Assembly: GCF_006345805.1 (NCBI RefSeq)
Contig: NW_021833257.1
Span: forward strand, 14,495 to 78,494
From: Octopus sinensis
Taxonomy: Eukaryota
Direction of reading: 5' to 3'
Length of the DNA stretch: 64,000 bases
A model generated the notes under the pieces. The model was not told the origin of the DNA, searched no databases, and saw only the letters and a list, made by a program, of their open reading frames with translations. Each line of letters starts with the position of its first letter. The first letter of the stretch is position 1. The translations under genes were made by a program, and so were the position numbers. Below, one piece after another: positions 38,453-52,200 of this stretch.

Positions 38453-39124
38453 TCAAATATTCGCGAGATAGCGCGAATAAATATAGTAGTCACATTGATC
38501 GTCAATTGGACAGTTCCAATCCATACTAAACCATGTTTTTTAAAAAAATTTAAAGAGCCTGCATTGTCACGAAATATAGTGCACGTTATTTTGTCCATGT
38601 CAACTCTAATACTAGTCAAATATCAAATTTTACAACTTAATAGCGATTCCGAGTAAAATATTGAGCATAAACGATCCAACTCCGCAACCACGAGACTTTT
38701 TCTCAACTTGAATGTCGTAGCAATAAGCAATTGCTTCTCTTTCTTCAGTTATAAAACGAAAATGAAGAAATCCTAGTATCGGAGAATTAATGTTTTCATT
38801 TCCTTCTTTTTCTCGCACGACTAATTAATGTTTTTTTATTTTTTAATTCTGAAAGTTTTTCTTTGTCGTTCCATCCAAATGAGCTGTTTATAAACATATT
38901 GTATATATTGTCTTTAACACACAACAAATAACGTAATAGAATGGGCATCGAGTGCATTCCCCAAGTTATGTTGACCTGCCAATTTTCACTAAAATAAACA
39001 TCAATTTTAGCATTTTATACTCACGTTGATTGGGGTTCAAAAACCTCTTTTGATAAATAAGCTTTTTTGCATAATTCTCGGCATTTTTGGTACTTTTTCT
39101 GTTTGAAGGTTCTTGGCCAAACAT
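38453..39124 (-). CDS. NAA40: NAA40, copy B
   Basis: Same motifs as copy A (FLHFRFITEEREAIAYCYDIQVE). Confidence 0.85.
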
Positions 39125-40202
39125 CACAACGAAGGAATATTATTTTTATTTATTTTTAACACCAAAACCACGTTAAAAACAGAACAAATTAATCACGTAA
39201 TTCCGATGCATCTCACAAGCGACTTCATCTTCGCTTGGTAATCTTCCCACGAGCCCACACCATTTCGCACCGGACGGCTATTGAGCTCGTTTTTTAAACT
39301 GACTTCCTTCGATATCCTGAACAACCAGTACAATTGGTAACGCAAGTGGACCTTCTTTTGGGGTTGATTTCTACTTTGAAAGAGATCAATTATGTTAGAA
39401 GAAGCAAATGAGCTTGTTGAATAAAGTCGGTTTGAATAAAGAACGAGCTAATTTGGTTCTTCTAAATGAATAATATCTTTCAAACTGGAGATAAGAATTT
39501 AACAAAACGAATTCGGAATTCTAATATATTTAACTTATTGAACTTTGATCACCACTCCAAAAGTTTCACATTTTTAGTACTTTTATGATTTTAACTGGTG
39601 ATATTATGAGGATAAAAAATCTTGTAAATTCTGACTTTTTTCTTTATTTTAATTGAGAATTCATTCATTATAAGTAAGGTTCAACGTCATTTCATTAAAA
39701 ATGGTTTTCCCAAAAAATTTTATTATAGTCTCAAAATTTAGATTAAGTGAAAAATAATAGTCAATACAAAAATCTCTTTATTTAAAGGACAAAAATAACC
39801 AAAAACACCAAATAGTTATTTCCATGAACAATGAAACGGAAATAAAGACACCGGGATTCGCTATTTAGCAAGAATGTTACTGGGGAACATAAACACTTCA
39901 AAGCAAGTTTAATGAATTCTATTCTTCTGTGAAACACCCAAATACTTAAAAATTATAAAGGACTGCGAAATTTATTAAAAATATCATTACTCTTGGCCAT
40001 GCTTAAAATTTACCTTTATAAAATTTCAATCTAATTCAAAATGATGTTTTTTTTCAAAATAGACGACTCTTGTGCCAAGTCAAATAACTAAAGTAGATGA
40101 CTCTTAGGGAAAGTCATTAAAACTTTTAGTTTTTCACGAAAAATGATTTTTTGTTTAAAAATTAGTAATTATTAATAGTAAACAAATGAATTTAAGTATT
40201 TG

Positions 40203-43200
40203 TTAGTTTGTTACTTGGAAATTCATCGCATAATTCGTTTGAGAGAAAAAATATTTCCAAACTATAAAACCAACCACTCCAGTTAAGGCTACTCCTCCTA
40301 CTGACAATCCAACGATTAATGGCAGATTTAAAGTTTCCTTTTTTTTCTTAGAATAAAAGTTTACCGAATTTGTATAAATAAGTTTATCACCATAAACTAC
40401 GTTTTCGACACCGAGACTTCCTTCGAAAAACTTGAGGACGTTATTTGTATATAAACTCTTTGTAAATAATTTAACTGATTCGTCCATTTCAGTATTATTT
40501 CCAATCATAAAAACAGCAATTTGTTTATTTTCTAATAAATTTATATAGAAATAAATAGAAATACCCGAAACTATAGAAAAATTGGTGAAATCTATATTTG
40601 AAAAATCCCGACTTATATAATTGAATAGAATTGCTTCAATGTATAGGGCCTCAACACCAATGCTCAATATATTTTTATCAAATTGAATAACTACACTTTT
40701 TACAACAGACAAATTCCAATTAAAATCTATTTTTAATACAAAGAATCATACTGGTATTACGAACTCGGATTATTTGACTTTTTGTTGAAAGATCGTAATC
40801 ATTCGGCTGACTAAAAACCGCAATGTTTAATATATAATATCCAAAATTAGGGAATGAAAAATTTGAAAGATTAATAGTGCCATTTACAATTTGCTGTCTT
40901 TTTAGAATGCTTGGTGTATGCCCAAAAACGCTTGTATCACTTTCATTGATTTCATAAATCCAATTATTTATCTATTCACTCTGAATATCAAAATTAAACC
41001 CTCCATGTTAAACTTCCAACACTTATATTTTCAACCGTATCTTTCACTAATAATAGACCGGACATATTTTGGTATGTCGTGACAACATTATCAAAAATTG
41101 ACACTTCTGCTGACAATTGTCTTTTCAGAATGTTTATCTGATGAACAACAGTAGTAATCGAAGAGTTTAGACTCTATCAATAACAAAAATAAAAGTATAC
41201 TCTAAAAGTGAAAGAATAATTATTTCCATAAAATGGAATCCTTAGAGAAGTAAAATTAGCAGTTCCCAATATAAAACTAGCCAATGACCCTTGCGAAAAT
41301 GTTTGAAGAACAGTTCCATTGTGGGAAATATCTAGTTGAATCTTCCATGGGTCGTACACGGATCCGACGATTTCCAAAGTAGAATTCTAAATTGAACAAT
41401 TTCAATAAACATTTTCGTCCTGCATGATCATTGAGAATCCTATATGAGATAAAGATTCTTCATAAAGTGTTATTGGTTGTGATATTATGACTAATTTTTG
41501 AGGAATTAAAATTTGTAATAAATTGCTCGAATATCCCTCATAAAGAATGGTTTCTGTTGGTGGAATGGGTTCAGCAATCGATACGCCTGAGATCTATAAA
41601 AAGTATATTAAAATTTAATATTTACAGAAATGTTCAAAATATTTGAAATTCCTGAACTCTGCGCTGTGTTTAAAATCACTGATGATATATTCTGAAGTTG
41701 TTGATCAGTCATAAAAGAAGAAGAGTTAGTCGTTTCATTATATGAATTTGATATTTCAATTAAAAATAGCGTGGTAGAAGTAGCTCTATTTATTTAAATA
41801 AAATTTTCAACCTTTTTGATCTTGGCGCAGAATTTTCTTTAACGACATTTACAATTCGAACTTTATTGGAAGGAATTCCGAGAAATGCAATTAAATTTTC
41901 CAATACGTTAGCTCCGAAGAAATCTACTTCAGGAACGACCGTTGATAGTCCAATTATGACACTCTCAGTAAATTTAATATCAATTGCTTCTGAGCCTTTT
42001 AGACCTACGTAAAGGAATTTTGTTGATCGATTCCGATAATTCTGTCCAGAAATTGTGTTATGAACATTTGGAATGGTATCTTTTTAAGCATTAAAAAATA
42101 TTTCTTAGTACCGCTAGGAAATATTGGGATTGAATTAGTAGACGTTTCAGTTGCTTGTACCCGATTAAAAAAATATCTAATGACTATTCTATCAGTTGGA
42201 TCAGCATTAATCATTCTCAGTCTCAAATGCTTTGGTACTGTGGATGTAAAATATAAATGATACAACTTTCCTATTGAAAAATAATAACTTTTAATATACC
42301 GGTTGCAACAATTGCATAAAATGTCGATATTCTTTTCTGGCAAGTGTAACCGTTACACCAGCCATGATCCGCGGGCCCATTTAAAAGATCGAGGTACCCA
42401 TCGCCCCGAATAGCTACTGGAGAGAGTCTTCGCTTTTCAGTGTCATGATCCATACTTTCAATTATCATTATGCGATAATTAAGGCCACAACATTTATATG
42501 CTTGCCACTCAGCATTATAAACACAATTTTGATCTCTTAGTATTCCTAACAGATTATAAAAATTACATACCTAAATGTTGCCGGACTAAATTAATTGGAA
42601 TCATGGAACCATTTGAATATATTTTCATACTTGTAGGAATGCGATAGTCTCCAGTTCCTCTCCTTCTATCGCCGTTCCAAGCAAACTCTGATTTTGGAAA
42701 AGCCGCACAGTTCGGAGAACCCAGAAAACTTCCATCAGAATCAGTGATCAAAGTTTTCTTATTTCCATCACAATCCATATCAACACAATCAGATGGATTT
42801 ATTTTTCTATATATAAATGATGTGAGTACTGTAATGGAGGCAAAGTCATGTATATATAGTTTTTACTCGGGAAATTATAAAAACGAATTCTAGATATTAT
42901 CACCGGATGTTGAAAGTCGTAACTTTTGTCACTTGTCATAATGAAAACGTCTTTAACACAACTTACGGAGTTATATGTGTCAACTGTGATGTCTAAATTG
43001 TTAAAATTAAAAAAATAATAACTACCGGAAATGACCATAAGTCCAGATAAAGAAGGATATGCCATTGGTGTTGTCCAATCTTTATTTGCCATTTTAAGAC
43101 TCCCGGAGATAAAATTAGGAAAAAATATTCCTACTCTCGCATTATTAGTAATTGAAAAGACACTCGAAGCTGTTAATAAACCATTCTATTAAATAAAAAT

Positions 43201-46200
43201 AAAATTGGATACAATTCTGACAGAGGTGTCAGTTTTACAGTCAAAAAATGGTGTGGTCATTAGTATAGTAGAATTTCGAACGGTGACCGTTTGATTACTA
43301 GTAAGATGCCTTAAAGGAGAAGGTCCGATAATAAATGTATATACTCCAACGTTATTTTCGATCAAAATAACATTTTCGACTACAATGCTGGCAGTAGAGT
43401 GTACATAAATTCCAAAATTATAAAATTTCCAAATAATAAAATCTAAAAATAAAACATTTAATACCATACTTTGGATAGTGAGACAACTCGGTTCTGGAGA
43501 ATGTTCTTTGAGATGAAAAATAACGACGCCATTTAATCCAGATTTAGCAATATTTTTCTTAAAAGTTGAAAGTCCGCCGTTGCATGAATCACCGCTAATA
43601 CGATAAGCTATCGTCTGAGAGCCGGCAACAACATTTCCAATCAATTCAGTCTATCAAAATTAATTCGTTAAAAATAAAACATTGGTAGCTTCATTTATTG
43701 TGATTGCTCCTTTCCATAATATATTTTGATCCCATTTTCCATTATATAATCCTTCATAGATATGAGAAACGATAAGATTTTGTTCTATTTTTGTACCAGA
43801 ACTTGTTGATATAATTCCTAGCGAAGTTAAAATCGAGAATTATACCAGGACCAACGGGGCGATATATTATATTGTTTGATACCTCTAGCTTATTTGTTCT
43901 ATAAACTCCTATAGTCGGTGAATAGCATTCATGAAATGATGACATTCTGACATATGCCGGTCTTAATGAATTAATTTCACCAATGTCCATAAATGTTATC
44001 GAATATCTGGCATCAGTTTTACTATCATAATCGAATTGGCCAGTTTTATAAAATTCGACGTTCTTAATACGCGCAAAACCTTAATTTCAGTAAAAATATA
44101 AACCTGTATAAATTTTTCCTTCATGTACTGTTTTTCCTACAAGAACACGGCCTCCGAAGGGAGAAAATGTCTGACCTCCGATAATCTTTATATTCCTTGA
44201 TAACAACCCAACGGAAGCAGAAAGCTGATGGACTGTATTCCCTACAATGTAAAGTTCACCTATAAAATTAAAATTTGTATCGTGCATACCCAAATGTTTA
44301 TAATTAAGAGGTCTGTTTAGCTCCAAGACTGTTCCGCCATTCATTATATTGTTTATAACGACTTTTTCGCCTTCATTTACATTATAGGATGTCGAAGAAA
44401 TAATAATTTCATCTCCGATATTCCAATCAACAATATCTTGCAAGTAAATTTTTCTATCTCCAATATTTGCAGTCTTGTTCAATGTAGTAGAATAAATATT
44501 TTTGGCTTCGCCATGAAAATCTAGTCCTCCAAAACAAGCTATAATTGAATTATTTTTTCAACTTTCTTACCAATTACTTTAGTACCTACCAACGGACCAG
44601 TTATTAATGGAAATGTTGCAGAATTTTTATTCCCAATTAACGTTATTTCGAGCTTTCCACGGAAAGAACGGTCTTCTGTTCCAGCTATTATTCTTCCGCC
44701 TCTTATAAAAATAATTTCGACCGACAAATAAAAATCTCGATATCCGGATATTGTTGAGTTGTCAATATCGTCGAATTCTAAAACTCCATATATATGTAAT
44801 TCCTTTATTTTTGGAAGTTTTACATCCACCAATACGTAAACATCTTAAAGATAATTATTAATAAAACTAGCCTGAAGAAATAACAACTGTATCACCATTT
44901 GATGGCAATCCCCCATTTCCAAAGTCTTTACTTGCGTTCCATTTATTGTTTGTAAAACGCCAAATATTAGTATTTGACCATCTCAAAGCATCTTTTGGTC
45001 TGTTCCGTGACGGAGGGAGACTTCCTTTATCTGCTGGAGCCTCACATTTTAAATAAAAGCAGCGATAAGCATTAAATCTTATGTTAATTCTTCGAATATC
45101 AGAATATTTGTTCGGATTATTTGTTTTTGGCGACATGACTAAGTTTTAAAATTTAATTTACTACCGATGTAGCTTAATTTATTTTCAAGTGAATCATAGT
45201 ACCAATCTCCATTTTTATTCTGCTCGTGGCTTAAAGGGAGTAATGACATAGGGCGAAATGTACTATCAATAGTAAAAACTCGATCAGGTTTATAATTCAT
45301 CGGAATACTGACAATTACATAGTCTCCACTCTGTTTGATTATAAGCACGAACATTATTATACAATCAGATTATCAATAACTCCAGTATAAGAGATATTCG
45401 TTAAATTGGATTCCGTTGATAATGTAATAAATATTTCATCATTTGTAGGGAAAATGGACATCCATCCAAGAGGTGAAGTAACCCTTTTTTCAGCAAAGTA
45501 GCTTGTATCATTTCCATAAGAATTTACTATTTTTATACTGCGCCCCAAATACATATCAGGATTAATTTCTATTTTTAATTAAAATAATTACTATTAAATG
45601 ACAATCTTGCGAACCTGTATTTGGGTGGGCAAAAGAGCGATTCCAACCCACGAGTGTTATTTGTATTTATTGCACAGTCGGGCGGTATAAGTTTAGAATA
45701 TGGAACAATATTTGTTTTAGAACCAGTCAAAGATCCATCAGAGTCAACAATAATCCCTTCGTGTTTCCAATTCCATTTGTATCGGTTTTGCGAATTTATA
45801 AAATGAATATTTTTCATAAAATATAAAAATCCTATTAGAAATTACTAATATAAATAAAACCAACCTCCTGAAAAAGTTGAACTTGTCCCAGAAATTTTTG
45901 CTAAAACAAAACATTGACCACGTGATGTATTGTAGTTATAAAAATTAACATTATTAAGAGTCAATCCACTTGATAGAGGTAGAACAACTCCACTAGAAGA
46001 AGATATGTGTGTAATTCCGGGAACGTAAGCTAAAAAGGTTTATTTTAAATATTACCAATTATATCACTGTTATTTAGATATGGACCTGAATTTGAATATA
46101 TTGTATTTTCAGAATTATGCATAAGTTCTATATTTGCAACCTTGTTTGCAACAGTTACAAAATTATCAAATTGCAAGGCACCACCATTGGTCCATTCAGC

Positions 46201-49200
46201 TCCCTTTTGATTGTGCCATGAAGTAAAATTGCTAAATTTTGCGACTACAGGAATTCCCGATCTCCACCCTTTATAACGCGGAGTATAACTGCAAGTTATT
46301 AGATTACTTTAAAAGAAATAAAACCCTTCAAAAATCCATAGTCCGTACCATCCTTGAGAATGTACTTCGTTTCCTGTGAAAATTCCCATTTCTCCTTTAT
46401 TTGGTACGATATTCCATACATAAGAAGGCCCGTCAACCGTTGCATGCAATCTGTACCTATATTTACATATTTTAATCAAAATAATAATCACCAGAAACCG
46501 AAATGTGTTCCGCCTGCCACAGTGTTGTGCCTTATTATATTTTTCGGATGAGTGACCCAGTATCCAGCAGGAGTGATGTCATCGTTTAATAAACTTGAGC
46601 TATGTTTCACGTAAACGAGTAAATTATATTCGAATATATTATTTGTTTCAATTCCATCTTCAAGAAAAAATGCACCGCCCATTATGTTATATCCAACATT
46701 TCTTTTCACAACAAGTCCATGAGAACCTTAAAAATTAACTACGTTATAAAACCGTGAATGTTAACAGCCCTGTTGAAACTGTTATGAATAGCACACCCAT
46801 TTACATATGATTTCTCATTCCAGCCAGAAAGGTGATAATGTATTGGATATCGTCCAAGACGGAACGCTTGTCCGACGTGGTTAAATTCAACGTGTGAAAA
46901 TTTTCCGATCGCCTCATCCATACTTGGATGTCTCGGAGCAATCATTACTGTTCCTCCAAACTGATCATCTCCTATTTCATCGCCTTCTCTCCCTTGGAAA
47001 CATGTTTGAACTGCAAATTGGCCTATATTTATTAGATATGAATTTATTTGGATAAAACCCATTTTGAATCCGTCAGGGCATCTTTCTATTTTGAAGGAAT
47101 AATTCATGTTTTTAGTTCCAATTATTTTTACATTTCTTGTGAGCAATCCAACGTCAGCTCGCATTTTAACCTGTTTTCCATTACCGTAGTTATACGTGTA
47201 TGATAGTTTACGATATCTAAAATTTTATAAAATTTGGGTTATGTTACTTTATTGGTTCGACTAGAGTTATAATCTTACGATTTAATGATATATTTGCGAT
47301 TCTATGTATTTCATTTTCTTTAGCACTATCCATATCACCTGTGCTAGATATGATAATAGTTTCATTTTTCTTTTTATGTTATTATTAAACAAAACTCGCC
47401 AATCAACAGGATCTTCTAATTCTATAATGTTGATTCCGACATCGACAGATTTCGAGAGCTTAGTCCAAGTTATATTTCGATATTTTCCTTAATGGATAAC
47501 GATAAAACAATAACCATGAAGTTCAATTATACCTTCACGGACGCCAATAACGTTAGAACCAAAAATTGGGAAAGTTTTTGACAAAAATTTGGAATGCAAT
47601 TCAATCAACGCCTTATGTTGAAATGGTTTATTTTCTTGACCAATCTAATTTTTTTAATCTAAACCACATTCATTACTTGCAACAATCCGCCATTTGTGAT
47701 AAAAATATTTTCGGCATGAAGTTCAAGATCCTTCTCGTCAAATGTCAAAGATCCGCCTTAAAATATGATTTTGGCTAAACTTTTAAATACCATTAATTAA
47801 TAAAATTTGGAGTATTGGTGTATTTACGTCTAGAAGAATATTCAACCCATGAGGAATAACTACAATTTCTCCAGCCTTCGGTATATCATAACCTCCCCAA
47901 GTAAACCGAGAAGACCAGACATTTACATATTCAAATAATATATTTGTTATATTTTTCTAAAATAAATAATAAAAATAAACGGCATATGCGAAGCCACTGT
48001 CTATAGAATAAACGTTTACTCTTGATTTTCGGTTTCCTATATGTGATCCTGACGTACAAGTAATCAAATTATCCGTAATTCCTTTTATCACACAGATTGA
48101 GTTGTCAATTGTGACTCGAGTCAAATTCGTGTTGTTTCTAAATATTTAAATATGAACTACCCAAATCCTTTTCCTACTATCGATATAAGGGTTCCGCCAG
48201 CAGTTCCACCCCTTTTTGGACTAATGCGATCTATAAACTGAGTTTTATTGTCAGTATATATAAATTCGTTTGAACTTTGAATAGATAATAAATTCGTTTC
48301 AATGTTAATACTACAATTTGTATTATTTTTGGTATCTAAAATTAGTTATGTAAATAAGTAACAGTTTATTTGTGGTGTTTCAACAAAAATAGAACTGTGA
48401 TTTCGAAAATCAACAATCCTTGCCGGTTTGTTACATATCAACACAGACATATTGTTGCTAAATCCATTTCCCATAATTCCAATTTTTTGTCCGCCACCAA
48501 ACCCACCTAAAATAATTTGTAAATGTCAATTACCCTTAGTAGGAAAAATATCTGTGATTTTTAATAAGTTTGTATAGTTTTTAAATATGTTTGAATAGCC
48601 GTAATTTATGCGTCTTAATTGTACAGCATAGTTTCCGTAGTCTAAATCGGGTGTCACACATTTTAGAATTGTTGCATTTATTTGAGTAATATTACAGTTC
48701 TTATTGCCAATGAATACAATATATTTACTTATATTTATGCCGAAACCTGGAAATTTAAATACTTAAAAGTTACCATTATAACTAATTGAAATTTCGGTAT
48801 TGCGTGAACCGTTTGTTGGGTTTATTCGTGTAATATTCGGACTAAGGGAACCATCGTAGTGAAATAAAAATTGGTTAAAGATATAGTTGCTACTTCTTAT
48901 CGACATATTTTTGATTCCTGGAGATGAAGAATGTGTTTTACAAAATATCTATATTAGTATTATACAAACATAAATACCATATTTTGCCTACATGATAATA
49001 TTTCGCAATGTGTACTTTCTATATGTACTGTTGTGTCGTTGCAAATAAAGCCATATCCACTTATTTTTATTTCAGTTCCTCCATATATGCTACCTGACAT
49101 AGGATTTATATTTGTGATCGATCCATAACTTTTTAAAATGTTATTTGTTTCAAATTTTGCATTACCATATCCAGCAATATAAAAAGAAATGTTGTGATCA

Positions 49201-52200
49201 CCAGAATTTAAAAACGGGATTACAAAAAATACACTTGAATTTGATGAATTTAATGGGAAATATCTCATGTTATTTATTTTTAATTCTATAGATCCATTGC
49301 CAGAAATTAGTCTGTCTCCAATAATTTGTATTGTTGTATTTGAGCTTGTAATGTTTTCCGGAATTATTTTTTTGATAATAGGAGTATGATTAGTTGAGAA
49401 TTCAAATTTAATATTATTAACATTCACTGCATTATATCTTCTTCCGTCCGAAAATATATCAATTATAATATCGGCAAATGTATCATTGGTTTTGAATACA
49501 TATGTACGACAGTGAATGTTTGTAATTGACAAATAAACAATGTCACATTGGTGACCTCCAATTCTTACATTCGTTTGATTTATTTTAAATCCCCAGCCAT
49601 TGATGGATACTAATGTGTTTCCTGCCGTTGATCCTTTATTTGGTAGAATTTCGAAAAATTCTGGTCTCAAAAACAAAGAATTTGTTGTACCGTGTTCCAT
49701 TTCAAATATTCCGTAACCAATATTCTTTACTTTAATTTTCAATAAAGATTTATAGCCAAAAGGAGAATTTTGTGTTTTATTTAATTTACATACAATTTTA
49801 TTTTCGCCTGCTTCGAAAACAATGCATCTATGTCCATCGAGGGTGACGTTGTTTTGACATATTTTTTTACCAAAATTTATTCCTAAATATATTTTAGACA
49901 TATTGATTAAACCTATAATTGTGATATTGTCCATAATGCTTTCGTTTGTTTTTACGACTGATAATATTTTAATTAATCCGCAATTCCCAAAGTTAAAAGA
50001 AAAGTTTGAATTTACAGAACAGTTAAGTGTAGACGAACAATTTGCTAACTCATAATTGATATGTCGATTAAATTCTTAATTTTAAATAAAAATGTAAACT
50101 TGCATAGATAGGGCTTATTCCACCTATTTTAATGTTTAGAGGTAATGACTGATTAATTCCATTTTTAACATTTACAATTCCTTTAAGAGAAATGTTACTA
50201 TATTTATTAACTGGCAGAGACCAATAAAAATATTTTCCAGGTTTAAAAAATTGACGTTTATAGCTTCCTGAAACATTTTGGTAATTTTTTTACCTTTGTA
50301 TGTTGCTTGACCACTATCAAACCCACTTTTCACTGGTCTTGTATCGATTAGTGAACGTATCTGTTGAATTTTATAGTTGACGCTAATAATTCCTGGTGGT
50401 GTAGACCAGGTCCATAATACCGAGTCTCCGATATTTATGGTTATTTCATTATGAGACCAGATATAACCAACACCATATACTACAAGGTAGTTAGAAATAC
50501 ATAAACTATACTTGGATGTACTCCCAAGTTCGTAATATTGTGTATTACACGGTTTCCAGTTGTTTCACATATCAAAGTTGAATAGTTCACATATTTAACA
50601 TTGCATGGATGATTTCCGAAATGCACCGAAAAGTCTAACGGATTTTTTGAAAAACCGCTTCCGTGAATATGAATATTTGTCCCTCCAAATATTGATCCAA
50701 ACGTTGGGAACATTGAATTAACGTTAAAAATATATTTTAATTTTTGTAGTTCCAGTCTTCTATTTTTAAAAATATAAAATTCAATACTGGTTAATAATTT
50801 GATTTCCTACAAGAATTTCAAATGAATAATTTCCCGGAAGCATTGATGGAGTTTTGAAATAAAAAGAATTATTTTGACAAGATGACTGATTTATTATGTG
50901 CTCGTTTAATTTTAAAAATGTAAAATTATTTCCACATTGTAAATTTGTTATGTTTATTTCCAAAGTTTGATTGCCTTCAATGTAAAAATATAATCTAACC
51001 TAAAACGTTCAAAGTTAGTGGACGAAAGTTTTCAATTATTGGCCCCGTATAATTATTATAACTCATTTGGCCAATATTATATGATTCATTAGTATGTAGC
51101 GTAACATTATATGTTCCAGGTAACTAAAGAATTACTTGCAATAAATAATGTGCATTTTGGCTAGGAGTCACAAAAGTTATTTGTTTAACTGTCGCTCTAG
51201 TTATTAAGGCATTTTTATTTCCGACAAATATCGAAAAATTTCCATAAAACCCCATCCCATCAATAGTTATGTACTTACCACCTAATTGAATATACCTCTT
51301 AAATAAACCATAAAGGTCAGTTGAGTTGTGAGAAATAGTATTGACTGAAAGAGGAAACTTGAAACAAAATACTTGCGATAATCGAGCATACCCCAAATTT
51401 TTAACAAATATTGATATATTGCAGGGTGAATATTCTTTATTGACGATTATCAAAGTACAGTTGATTTGTTCATTTGATGAATAATATACCAAACAATCGT
51501 TTTCAGAAATTCGAATTATATTGTTTATTATTTCTGCGCTAAACTTTGTTCCTTTGATTGTGATATTAGTTCTAGCATTTCTTACTAATTTTTAATATTT
51601 TAAAATTTTTTATTACTTAAAATTGGGGAAATATCCAATACTGTAGGAGTAGATCTATTTGTTTTTAAAAACGTGCAACTTCCATTGCAAATAGAAGGAG
51701 AATCATTTATAATTACTTCAACTTGTGGATCTTTAAATTGTTGTCTAATCATCGATTGTTGTATTGTAGATTGTAAATATCCATCAACTAATGTTATTGT
51801 AGATCCTTGAATTTGATCGTTACCTGTGATATTTATCTATAATTTTATTATTTAATAAATAAATCAAAACCTTTAGTAATTCTGCGTCTCCGTTGTAAGA
51901 TTTGAATATTATATCAGCCATTAAAGACTGGCAAGTGCGTTGTTCACTGATTGTCACTAATCCAATTTCATTAAAGTTTTCCAAGGCTTTCTGGAAATTT
52001 TCGGAATTTATTTGTACTAAAAATATATTATAAATATTACAGCATAAAGGAATCTCGCAGTAATTCCATTTTGTATGATTATAGTCCGTATAGCACCAAG
52101 GACCAAACGGTTTGTTGTCAGGATTTCGACAAAAATTAAGTTCACTTGTTTTATTTGAAAAATACGTCGAATTCCAATTTACACATTTAAACCCATTTTT

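Larger units (their letters stand above)
23645..39670. repeat. Copy B of the duplicated four-gene block
   Basis: Colinear with 3606-17388 apart from the insertions described. Confidence 0.95.
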
